Source: Coniocarpon cinnabarinum (lineage: Eukaryota). Taken from it: a DNA stretch of 23,803 nucleotides. The position numbers were made by a program, and so were the translations under genes. Of the stretch, positions 1 through 9,833 are shown piece after piece (the stretch's first letter is position 1; every line of letters starts with the position of its first letter). Location: the NCBI GenBank assembly GCA_051942205.1, contig JAVECO010000035.1, forward strand, positions 124,001 through 147,803. Reading direction: 5' to 3'. The notes under the pieces were generated by a model. The model was not told the origin of the DNA. It saw only the letters and a program-made list of their open reading frames with translations, and made no database searches.

Positions 1-283
1 TTTCGAGATAGCCTGGAGGGAGGAGATTTGTCTCGGAAGTGGTGACAATGTTGAGGGTGACGACTTCGGTGGTGTAGAAGCAGAGGGTGACTATCATAAG
101 CCAGTCATCGAGTTGGAGGTACTTGGGAGAGCCAAAATGTAGGACTCGGGCGGCGCTGTGGAGCACAAGTCAGTAAAGCAGCAGGAGACGGCGCATGATA
201 GGACAGTATACGCACATCCTTGCGACCAGCACCGCGATGGTGAATCCATACCATATCCAGGACTCGACTCGAAATGGCACCAT
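1..283 (-). CDS. 5' part of a PTH11-like / fungal rhodopsin-domain integral membrane protein (runs off the left edge)
   Basis: Hand-spliced: exon 283-216, intron 215-156 (GTGCGT...ACTGAC...CAG), exon 155-1. Translation MVPFRVESWIWYGFTIAVLVARIAARVLHFGSPKYLQLDDWLMIVTLCFYTTEVVTLNIV... has TM1, an Arg-rich loop and the 'DDWLM' TM2 start typical of PTH11-type receptors. This frame is not in the ORF track. Confidence 0.8.
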
Positions 284-651
284 AGCCGTAGGCTCCGCAT
301 GTTCAACGCAGCGGTCAAAGCCTGGCCATTAATGTATGGCGTACTTGGAAAGCGAAGCTCCATTGATTGGGTGGGCCAAGTCCTACGGTGTTCATTTCAA
401 TGTACACCTGTCACGAAGTCTATCGAATCCAAGGGGGCAGGAACATCGCATGTGTTCCAAGCCCATCTTGGCAGCTTAGACTCTGCGAGAGGAAGACGTG
501 GACCAACATCTGCGAGAGAATGGCGTGACTTGCAGACACTGAAAACATAGACTGCGAATAAGAAAGAAGGCAGATATCAAATTGTCATTGCAAAGCTATA
601 GCTAGGTAGCTGGTAGGAATGTGCAGCGCACCCAGGTATTTCGCATGTGAA

Positions 652-663
652 AGTCACGTGACT
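652..663. promoter_or_regulatory. Perfect palindrome AGTCACGTGACT (GTCACGTG E-box, Cbf1/bHLH-type site)
   Basis: 12-bp palindrome in the divergent intergenic region between the receptor gene and the hydrolase. Function is inferred only. Confidence 0.35.
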
Positions 664-1180
664 GAAATCTTCGAGGAATTCAGTGTGAAAACCTCATTCG
701 AGGTTTTGTGTCTAAGCAAGTCTTGAACTAACTGCAGTCATCATACAGAACTGAATAAGTCTGGAGATTGACAAGAGATTGAGATGCCATGTTCAATTTG
801 GGCAAAGTCGCGCCCCGTCTCGGGACGGAGTATCCACGTCAAGCTCTTCCTCCTATCAGTGCTCCTACATTCGGAGTTCACGATTCCAAGTGATGAATGC
901 GGCATGCTTCCAGTGAATTTGCTTTCAAGACCCTCAGAGGGGTAATGAAAAAGAAGCACCACGCTTCAAACGGAACAGGCATAGCTGGAAGATGTTGCTC
1001 CCCACCTTTGCCTCTTTTCGGCTCTGGATGTCGGAAGTCGGGGCGTTCTTCGAGAAGACTTGGCCTAGCTCGTGTGCAGCGAGCGTGGAGAGACATTCTT
1101 TGTAGTCTCGTAGAAGCAGCGCATACGATCGTGACCACGACGACCAAGCTAAGTAGGTAATTGAACGACTTCTGTGCAGG

Positions 1181-2336
1181 ATGGCAAGCCATGTGGAGCC
1201 CACTTCGTCGCTCTGGACGAAGCCACTTCTCATCCTCAAGCTAGGACTCGCACGTAAGTTTGCAAGGTCAACATTCGACTGACGCGCCAGCATTCTAACA
1301 AACCATGTTAGGCTTCAGATTCGTACTGTCATTCTTCTTTTATCTTCTGCCCAATACACTCTGGCATCGCCAGCCCATCAAGAGGAGCATCTTCTCGTCC
1401 TTCGCGTTCAGTCAGGATCAGTATGTTACCTTCCGAGAATGTAGATATCTGATGCCAGTCTCTGGAGATGCTATCGTCAGCTATTGCAAATCAAAGAGCA
1501 TCGCAGATCACGTCGAACGCTTGGAGTGTAGTCCTGGTGCACCTGCCGCCCACTTGCATCACCTCAACTGCCAGCCCAGCGACGGTGGCAATGTACTTCT
1601 CTACTTTCACGGTGGTGGCTTCGGCAATCCTATCATAAGCCCAGGCCACGTGCCATTCACTTTGGAGGTCAGCAAGGCTGCTGGTATTTCAAAGGTGGTT
1701 ATCCTTGAATACACCTTAGCGCCGGACCTGCAATATCCAGGACAGCTGATCCAAGCAATCTGTGCGCTGCGACATTTGTTAGAGACCCACAAACCCTCCG
1801 AGATCACTATTGGAGGAGATTCGGCCGGAGGCAATCTCACGCTCGCAGTCCTTGCCCATATGATTAAGCCAAGTCCTTATGCTGCCCCACTGAGATTAGG
1901 TCCTACTGAGAAGCTCCGTGGCGCTCTCATGGTCAGTCCATGGGTCAAGTTTGAAATGACATCCCCAAGTTACAAGACCAACGCCAAGAACGACTTCCTC
2001 AATCCAGTCATCATCAGAGAATTTGTCGAAGCCCTTGCACCTAAGCAAGGCGAAGTGTATGCAGTTCCGTTTACGGCAGACCAAGACTTTTGGAGATCCC
2101 TACCAGCGACCAAAGCCTTGCTTACGTCCGGAACCTGGGAGATTTTTGACAGCGACATTCGACTTCAAGCAGAGAAGTTGGGCGCAAAGCCACTTGGGGA
2201 AGAAGCGCCTGTAGAACTCGCCTTGGCAGACAAAGAGACACACATTCAGGCAATTCTCGACATTGCATTGGACGTCTCGCCTCCGCAACGGATCATGCTC
2301 AATCAAGTGCTTGATTGGTGCCGCAGATTGCCATGA
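1181..2336 (+). CDS. Alpha/beta hydrolase fold-3 esterase/lipase (HSL family, Say1/steryl-acetyl-hydrolase-like)
   Basis: Exon 1 1181-1253 (MASHVEPTSSLWTKPLLILKLGLA), intron 1254-1311 (GTAAGT...CTAAC...TAG), exon 2 1312-2336 joins in frame. Motifs YFHGGGF, EYTLAP, YPGQL, GGDSAGGNL, SPW and a C-terminal His (ETHIQ). Confidence 0.9.
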
Positions 2337-2591
2337 AGAGTATCGTCTTGATAAAAACTTTGATTTGGATTGTGATGTAACATGGTGTCCTTGTGCGCTT
2401 CTCTGAGCTCGTGATTACGTTGGAGTGGCAAATGCTGCGAGGTCAGCTGTTGATGCTGTCGACAATAGATCTACACAAACAATACTCTTACAGCGTACAT
2501 CAATGCTGTGTCTTGCTATATCAAAATCCGAAGTGCTTTCCTTCATGCCACGTCTGCACTCGACACATGAGAAGCACATCTGTAAAACATG

Positions 2592-2643
2592 CCAATGACG
2601 TCATATGTCTAGATCAGCTTTAGTTTTCGCGTCAGTTTCGCGT
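2592..2643. promoter_or_regulatory. Candidate TAP42 promoter elements: CCAAT overlapping a CRE palindrome ATGACGTCAT (2595-2604), plus two TTTCGCGT (SCB/MCB-like) copies
   Basis: Motifs read directly 40-90 bp upstream of the ATG at 2685. Function is not demonstrated. Confidence 0.35.
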
Positions 2644-2684
2644 GTTTAGTCGTACAGTATTATTCAAGTCCACAGTGTTGAGTG

Positions 2685-3855
2685 ATGACAGAGCAACAAT
2701 CCTCGTTGAAGGAAGCTTTTAGAGGAGCAGATAATTTGCGTGCAAAGGCAGAAAGCAAAGCTTCGATTCAAGACACTCAATCACGCTTGCACGCAGCAAT
2801 AGCACAGTATGAGAAATGCTCTGAGATCGCGGAGGAAGTTTCGTTGTTCAGCTCAAACGAAGAGCTGGAAGACATCTCATCAAGCAACCTACAGTACGAC
2901 TGTCGCAGGAAACGGTGTGGTAGGTGACTCCGCGGCTAAGATAGCACAGGTATCTCTTAATAGATTATCAACTCGGTCAATTGACGTTCAGGCTGTCCAG
3001 TGCAGACAGAAAGATTACGCTTCAACATGCACGAAGCTGCTATGAGCGCTTCCTAACTCGGCTTGATGCGTACCGTATCCTTGATAAGCAATCAAGTGAC
3101 ACGTTCGAGAGATACCAAGAGGATCCTGCAAGATTTAGCGTAGTGCTGACGAGTGATGCATCTCGCCGACGCGATGTTAAGATAGCTAATTTCAAAGCTG
3201 AAAAGGCATTGAAAGAGAAGCTGCAGGTAAAACTGGACGCTCTCTTGGCTGTCAAGGGCATCGCTGATGAGTGTAGTATCTCAATAAGAACGCAAATGCC
3301 ATGCAACATGACGAGACGTTGTTGCGAGACCTCCATCTAACAAATATCATGCTTTGCACCCATCAAGCATTCCAGTCACTTGAAGGCATCGCTCAGGAAC
3401 TCGAGCTGCTCGCAATGGCGGCTTCTTTACCTCATGAAAGGTTTCGTGACAGAGAGAGCACATCGAGCAACTCAGCGACAAACGCGACCGACTACTCCGA
3501 AAGGCTCGATCCGCCACTGTCTCAGCTCGCGGCCAATGGACGTCACGGACCGATCTTGAGCAACGAAGGACGACCCTTGCGACCCTTTACACTTCTTGAT
3601 ACGCGTCAAAGAATGCAACAAGGAGTCTTTCGACCTGATCACAATCTTCCGACAATGACTATTGACGAGTACCTAGAAGAAGAGCGCAAGCGCGGTGGCA
3701 TCATCGAAGGTGGGGGTCCACAATCACAGGTCCGACCTCAAGTTGACGAAGACGACGTGGAAAAGGCAGACGAAGCGACGATGAAGGCCCGTGAGTGGGA
3801 CGAGTTCGTGGAAGCGAATCCGAAGGGGTCCGGTAATACTATGAACATGGGCTGA
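2685..3855 (+). CDS. TAP42: TAP42/alpha4 (IGBP1) family PP2A-associated TOR signalling protein
   Basis: Exons 2685-2893, 2950-3226 and 3277-3855 with GT-AG introns 2894-2949 and 3227-3276 join three ORF fragments in frame. Family motifs LFSSNEELEDI..LQYLL, RRDVKIANFK, PFTLL, VFRPDHNLPTMTIDEYLEEE, KAREWDEF..NPKGSGNT.N.G. Confidence 0.95.
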
Positions 3856-3905
3856 TGGAGCCGCTCCGTGATCGATGATGTAGCTTCAGAACCCATCGCT
3901 AACGT

Positions 3906-4418
3906 CTAAGCCTGAGAGCCTCCGGACCCAGCGACCTCTCCAACCCAAACGGTGGGCGGCGTCTTGCAGTAGTTGGGAAGATCTCCCATCACCGTCTTTG
4001 CAGTCGGCGCTTTACGTATTTTCGTTAGTACGGCGCGCACTAGAACCAGGTCACTAGTTAGGGCGTGTGCTTACCTTGAACGGCTTGGTTGAAGTCTTCC
4101 GTGCTTTTAAAGTGGAGGATGGTCTGAATGGTGTATGGCGGGTCGCCTGATGGACCCGGTTGGAGTTTGTTAATCCTATTGGCGTGAGCAGTCGGTCGAC
4201 TAGCACTGTAGCCATTGCAAGCTCACTTCCAACCTGTCATTCCGTATTCGCCCCAGTGCTTCTCCACCATGGGCATGTGGCTGTTTAGGTAGTAGTCCAA
4301 ATTGAAGAAGCCTTCTGGCCCACCGGGCTTTGGTGCCAACAGGTTAGGGCGGTTATATGTTCGTGTCAGATCTTTCGGGCTTTCTACTCACATACATGAT
4401 CGACACGGTGACAGTCAT
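3906..4418 (-). CDS. EthD-like dimeric alpha-beta barrel protein, 110 aa
   Basis: Exons 4418-4392, 4327-4227, 4175-4075 and 4009-3906 (333 nt). Donors GTGAGT, GTGAGC, GTAAGC with CTAAC/CTCAC branch points. Protein MTVTVSIMYPGGPEGFFNLDYYLNSHMPMVEKHWGEYGMTGWK...VMGDLPNYCKTPPTVWVGEV shows the EthD patterns 'F..DYY...H.P.V...W' and 'D.PNY'. Confidence 0.9.
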
Positions 4419-4623
4419 GATGAAACGCTAAGGGGAATGCTGGCAGCGACCTAGCAGGAACAGGAAAACGGACTGAATTGGTATTACGAGTTGCGGGGCT
4501 TCGAGTTGACTTATGTCTCACAAGCCTTCTCAAGTATCTGCTATGTACCGCTGTACCTGTGCAGCAGCCCACCAGCGTATCAGCACCTCGGGCTTTCGAG
4601 TGTCTCCGACACCTCCCTTGGCA

Positions 4624-4780
4624 TGTCGGGGGTTCATCAGGCACCTTGTCGGGGTTCAAGTTGCTGCATGGAAGGATGAATTCTTCGTCTTCTCATTCGA
4701 CGCGCTGACAAAGCCCATGCACCTACATGACACGTGCGATCCTGTGAAAGAACGCACTGGGCGTTAGCCTCATGCCCCAC
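4624..4780. repeat. Diverged direct repeat, copy A
   Basis: 4693-4780 aligns ungapped to 5747-5834 at 63/88 identity by hand count. 4648-4672 matches 5715-5739 at 22/25. Confidence 0.8.
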
Positions 4781-5690
4781 CACTCCCGTGTGGTCTGCGG
4801 CTTATATCTTAATAATCATTCCATATTTATTGGGTGCTCTTTCAAATATTGAGATTCAATTCATTGACTCTCTACTGTATGGAAATGAAGCTAGAGTCAT
4901 GATTCGTTCCGTAGGTGACCTAGCGGTTGCGCTTTCGCATTTCGAGTTCGGCACGTGGCAGTGTAATCCAGGTATTGAATGTTCCGTCAACTAATACCAG
5001 CATCTGGATATGGACGGATCCTCACGAGGAAACTCCTTTAAAACCTCTCGAGCGCGATGGATCCCCCGAAAGGATTGGACAAAGACCCGAAAATCTAAAA
5101 ACCCTATAAGCTCAAAGTTTGCCGTCTAACCATTTACACCACCATCAACGCCGCTGAACTTTTTGCTAAAGGGTGTGGAGTTGTACGCCGCATGAGCGCG
5201 TAGGCTGATTCGCTCTGGGCAGAACATGGGTTCGCACGCTGCTGGACCAGCGCATCACAAGTCGTCGGCCAGAGCTTGGTATCTGCAGCGACGTATGGTG
5301 CCGTAAGAATTGCAGAGGCGACGAGTACGCGTATTGTTGTAGCTTGGCCCAGGCACTAGGCTTGAATGAACGACTAAGGACATCCGAAGAATGAAGTTGA
5401 AGAGGATGATCGAACCAAACGAATGGCAGCTGCTCTACAGCTCTGATGGAGCGCAGTGCAGGAGGCGCATGGCTCTAGGGTCTACTTTCTGCCATAGTCA
5501 TATTGATTGCCTGAGATCGTCTGATTCCCCGGACTATCTCCGAAACGTGACGCTATGCGGGCATGTGTCAAAAGCTCCTGTTCTAGTGTATCCATCAAGA
5601 CTCCGGCTGTTTTGTACCCGCCATCCCAAGGTTGGTCACGAAGGGATCTGCTTGTGCCTTGCAGGTGTGAGCATTACAGGCATCAGATGA

Positions 5691-5834
5691 TGTGGGGATC
5701 CCTCAGACAACTTCGTCGGGGTTGAAGCCGCTGCATGGAGGAGATGTCATTCGACGCACTGACACGGCTGGTGCATTGGCATGACGCGAGCGGGCCTACG
5801 AAAGATTGCGGTGTGCAATGGCTTCATGCCCCAC
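5691..5834. repeat. Diverged direct repeat, copy B
   Basis: Same alignment as copy A, about 1.05 kb downstream in the same orientation, with one ~13-nt indel between the two blocks. Confidence 0.8.
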
Positions 5835-6232
5835 TGGTGCCATGACTCGCGTAAATCCTTTGGATGAATTTACTGCACAATGTACTCCGAAAAAGTGCTC
5901 ATGCTTGGAAATGTCTCTGTCACGTCAAGCTTGTACATCGAATTCCTCAGATGAAGTCCCAGGTCGAGTGGCTCCGAGTCTTCCGCACCTCCAAATGCGT
6001 ACGTCATTGAGAGCAACAACAAAGGAGCTCCCAAGACTTAGTTCTTTGACCCATTATCCCGGTGCACGCGCATCCTGGCACGTTCTCTCGCTTTCTACAT
6101 AGACAGCGGTCAAATATTGTGGGGATTACGACTTAACAAGGCACCTTTCCTGTCGCTAGCAGCCCTGGACACTGCTTACCTCGCCATCCTTGCGCTCTGT
6201 CGCGGTGCTCTGACCGACCCTCCGGGTACCGC

Positions 6233-6247
6233 ATGGCAAGAACATAA
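6233..6247 (+). other. Candidate 4-codon uORF (MART*) upstream of TSC1
   Basis: ATG GCA AGA ACA TAA ends 26 nt before the inferred TSC1 ATG at 6274. The transcription start is unknown. Confidence 0.35.
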
Positions 6248-6273
6248 ACACTGTGAACGCAGGGTGGGCCAAC

Positions 6274-9200
6274 ATGGCTTCAAGGTACACAATCGATACT
6301 CTGATGAAATGCACAGGTCGCTTCGCAGTCCGCTAACGCTTCCCTTCTTCCATTGTAGTGCCCTCAGAGAGATCATCAAGAATCTGAATAGCTCTCTAAG
6401 TTCTGCCCAGGCTTCAGCGAATCTCCCTCCGACAATTGAGCAATCGATTCAGTCTACTCTCGACAAAGATCCCAAAGTCGACGACCAGGCCGCGCAGCGA
6501 CTTCAAGAGGACCTCCTAGCAATCTACAATCGTCATGTTGCAAGTGCCGAGACGAAGCTCGGCGCGTTCCTTCAAGCCCTCGTTCATCTTGAACCCTATG
6601 TTAAGGGACAGTCGCGGAAACAGGAGTGGTGGAAACTGGCCATCAAACCCGTGCTAGATGGGTTCGGCAGGAGGAGGGTCGAGATCGAAAGAGCTAGCGA
6701 TTTCATGTCGCACGTCCTGAACTATGATGAAGAGGAGGATCATGATGGGTCCGCTGCGAGACAGTCCGCGCATTTTACGCATATCGTCCTGGAAGGTTAC
6801 CTCGAGCACACCAACGCAGGAGACGTGGAGGCTGACGAGTATTCGTTGGAGAGCGAGCATATCGCAAGTCAATATGAGCACGTTCTTGTAGGGTTTGGCA
6901 GAAAGAAGCCAAAAGACTTCATCGTGGCTCTTGACAAGCTGGTCATGCAAGCCAAATACAGAGGTCAAGCGCTGAGCTTACTATCAGCCTTTCTGAGAGG
7001 ACAACCACCACATCTCGACTTGGTCTCCCAGACATCACTAATCGAGCATCTACTGCAATGCTTGATGATCGATTCATCCTCGACCGTTGTGCAGTTGGCA
7101 ATGACCGTTTTGATCATGTTCCTCCCTCATGTCCCCAGCTCTATCAAGCAGCATCTGCCCCGTCTCTTCCTCATTTATAGCAGGCTGCTCTGCTGGGATC
7201 AGGTGGCCAAACCGCATGCGGACGAGGAATACTTCTCACCTGATGAAGAGAGACCACAGCCTCTCGAGGAGATCAAGTCTGATCAGTCTGACGACGCCGT
7301 GAGTGGCTGGGCCAAGCTGGAGGGATCGGCGGGAGAGGATGCCACTTCTCTAGATGTTTCTTATTACTTCACATTCATGTACGGGCTCTATCCTCTGAAC
7401 TTCACCAACTACATCAAAAAACCACGACGCTATCTCAAGGACATCAATTTCCCACGAGCAGATCAGTTGCAGTTGGACCAGGACGCTATTCGGCACCGAA
7501 CAGAACCTCTTCGCGCAATTCACTTGCTGCACCCAAACTTCTACAACACCACGCCCGAAGAGGAGCTGGAGGATGACAGATGGCTGATTAGTGACGCTGC
7601 TGATGTCGTCGCAGATTGCATCAGTTTCCGCGTTTCTCTTCTGGCCAACAGCACACAACAGCCGCCAGGGCCTCCTCCAGCTTCGCAACTACCAGAGACG
7701 CCCCTTGATGGTCCCTATAGAGGCCTCACGAGCGGTGAAGAGGAAAGTTCGATGACTAGCGACAGTATACGATCTTCCACTGCCAGCGGTACCTCCGGCC
7801 TTTCCAGAAGCCGAACTACATCCAAACGCCCTCCGCGTCGACCCTCGCGTCCTCCGACGGGACTAGATCCGGGAGACAGCCCGACTTTACCGCCCGCCGA
7901 AGGACCGCGTCGATCTTCGACGTCAAGCTTTCGCGACTCGTCTCCAGATCCAACCAGGGCTCTCTTGAAGCAACAGCTTGCACTTCTGCGCAATGATCTC
8001 AACTTTGAACGCTACCTAAAACAGCAGCATCTTGTTCATATCGGGCAGCTGCAACGTCTCCATATCAGCGACGCCACTGTCTCTGCAAATGTCGAGAATC
8101 TCAAGAACACCAACAAGTCTCTCAAGTCTAAACTGACCAAAGCCAACGACGCGTATACTGCTCTCAAAAAGGAAACAGCAACAGGTCGCACGCAGTCAAA
8201 GAAATTTGAGGCTGATCTCAGCTCGAAGGTCCGTGGCTTGCGTGACGCGGAACGTACGTGGCATTCCGAGGAGTCTGCTCTCAAGCTTGAGCTCGAACAG
8301 GCACACAGCGACGGTGAAGCACTTCAAAGACTTGTCGTCGAGGCTGAGTCGCGCGAGCTGCTTTCACGGCAGAAGATTGCGTCTATGGAACTCGAAGTTG
8401 AAACCGTACACGCGCTTCAAGTGCAGGTCTTGGAGTTGCAAGAGCAATTGAGACTGCATGAGCGCAAAGAGTTCGAGCTCGATCGTACGACTGACACGAC
8501 GGACTCATTGCGCATGGATCTTGCGTCGACACGGATGCAGCTTCAAGCCAAGGACGGCGCTTTAGATCACATGCGCCGAGCCTACGAGCGGCGGATTTCA
8601 GAACTCGAAACTGAGCTCGCGGCAGCCGCCTCCAATCCCTCAAATGCGTCCGATGGCATTTCCGCAGAACGCCGGCAAAGATTACAAGATGCCATCGACC
8701 GCGCCGTGGGCTCTATCAAACTGCGCCTCACCGCCGCACAAACGGAACTGGCGCAGATGAAGCGCAAGAATACAGAGCTGGACATTCAAAACGCAGCGCT
8801 CAAGTCAGACGTGGAGAATTTGCGTGGTGGGTTTGGAACTGTGCAAGAGGATACGGGCACGCGATCGATTCCGGTGCCGCGACGGACGAGCACGGCGCCT
8901 TTGGGCGTGGGCGGACATTGGCGCAATAGTACCGGTACACCTACAGACACAGATGAGGCGTCGACGTCGCCTGCCCGGCCGCCTCGTCCGGCAAGAGCAG
9001 AGACGGTCGCGGCACCGCATGGATTACGGCGTACATCTCGTGCGGCTGCGAATGCTCTTGCCGGTGCAGCAGCGGCGACACGCACAGAAGACTCCTCAAC
9101 ACCACTAAGCGGTCCCTCTTCCGCACCAGCTAAACACCCTCCCATGCCGGTTGGAACCACTCTCACCTCCCCCCGTCAACCCACCTTCCCCCTTCGCCCA

Positions 9201-9515
9201 GGTGACACACCCGACTCGGACGCAGCAGTCGGCAGCGGCGGCTCCTCCGCCCCAACAGGCAGCGGACAAGGTCTCTACCTCAATAAAAAAAGTGCCTGGA
9301 GTGTTGATTCTTTCGACTCTGGGCGAACGGGGGAGTCCGGCAAGACGAAGGCAAGTGGGAAGAGTGGGAAGAGTAGTGGCAGTGGTCTCTTGTTTGCGAT
9401 GGGATCGGCGAAGAAGACGGAGGGGGAGGCGGAGGAGGAGCGGAAGCGGCGGGAGAAGTTGAGGCGGCAGCCGCCGAAGACGGGGGGATTGAGGGGGTTG
9501 AAGGGGTTGATTTGA
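6274..9515 (+). CDS. TSC1: Hamartin / tuberous sclerosis 1 homolog, about 1055 aa
   Basis: Micro-exon 6274-6284 (ATGGCTTCAAG), intron 6285-6358 (GTACAC...GCTAAC...TAG), exon 6359-9515, giving MASSALREIIK. Hamartin motifs LIMFLPHVP, LFLIYSRLLCW, YFTFMYGLYPLNF..YI, HLLHPNF, and LLRNDLNFERYLKQQHL.HIGQL followed by a long coiled coil. Confidence 0.93.
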
Positions 9516-9833
9516 TTTGATTGGATTTTATTGTTGGGACGTGAAGGCGAGGAGGCGAGGAGGCGAGGGTGTTGACTATAAACCAGGGGTTGGTGTTGGA
9601 TTCAAGAGGTGGGACCTTGTGTGGACGTGTATGAATTCGGTACGTATACCACGATCTATCATCGGGATGATGATTTTCACGCTTCTCACATCCATGAGCA
9701 TGTATTTCTACGAGGGTAATGAGGTCTTTGAGTGCGCAGCGTATTCGGGCAGCGAAACTCATCGCAAGGTTATCAGTGTTCACATGGAATATGTGATGTT
9801 CTTTTCGCTGCTCACAGATCGCCGCTACTTTGT

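Noticed and set aside
94..550. ORF-track 89-aa (-) and 130-aa (+) ORFs
   Set aside because: The spliced membrane-protein frame explains the region better. These ORFs cross the intron or are antisense.
4693..4780. Hammerhead ribozyme or SECIS element in the direct repeat (ATGAC...GAAA)
   Set aside because: It lacks the CUGANGA core, the helices are not preserved in copy B, and no selenoprotein candidate is present.
4940..5010. TPP riboswitch (TAATACCAGC resembles the fungal aptamer 3' part)
   Set aside because: No properly placed CTGAGA or GATC/AAGGA elements, and no thiamine gene or host intron nearby.
6117..6273. N-terminal extension of TSC1 from the ORF-track start, and similar extensions at 15675-16013, 17678-17809 and 22958-23164
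   Set aside because: These begin at non-ATG codons and read through leader or intron sequence. Downstream ATGs give family-typical N-termini.
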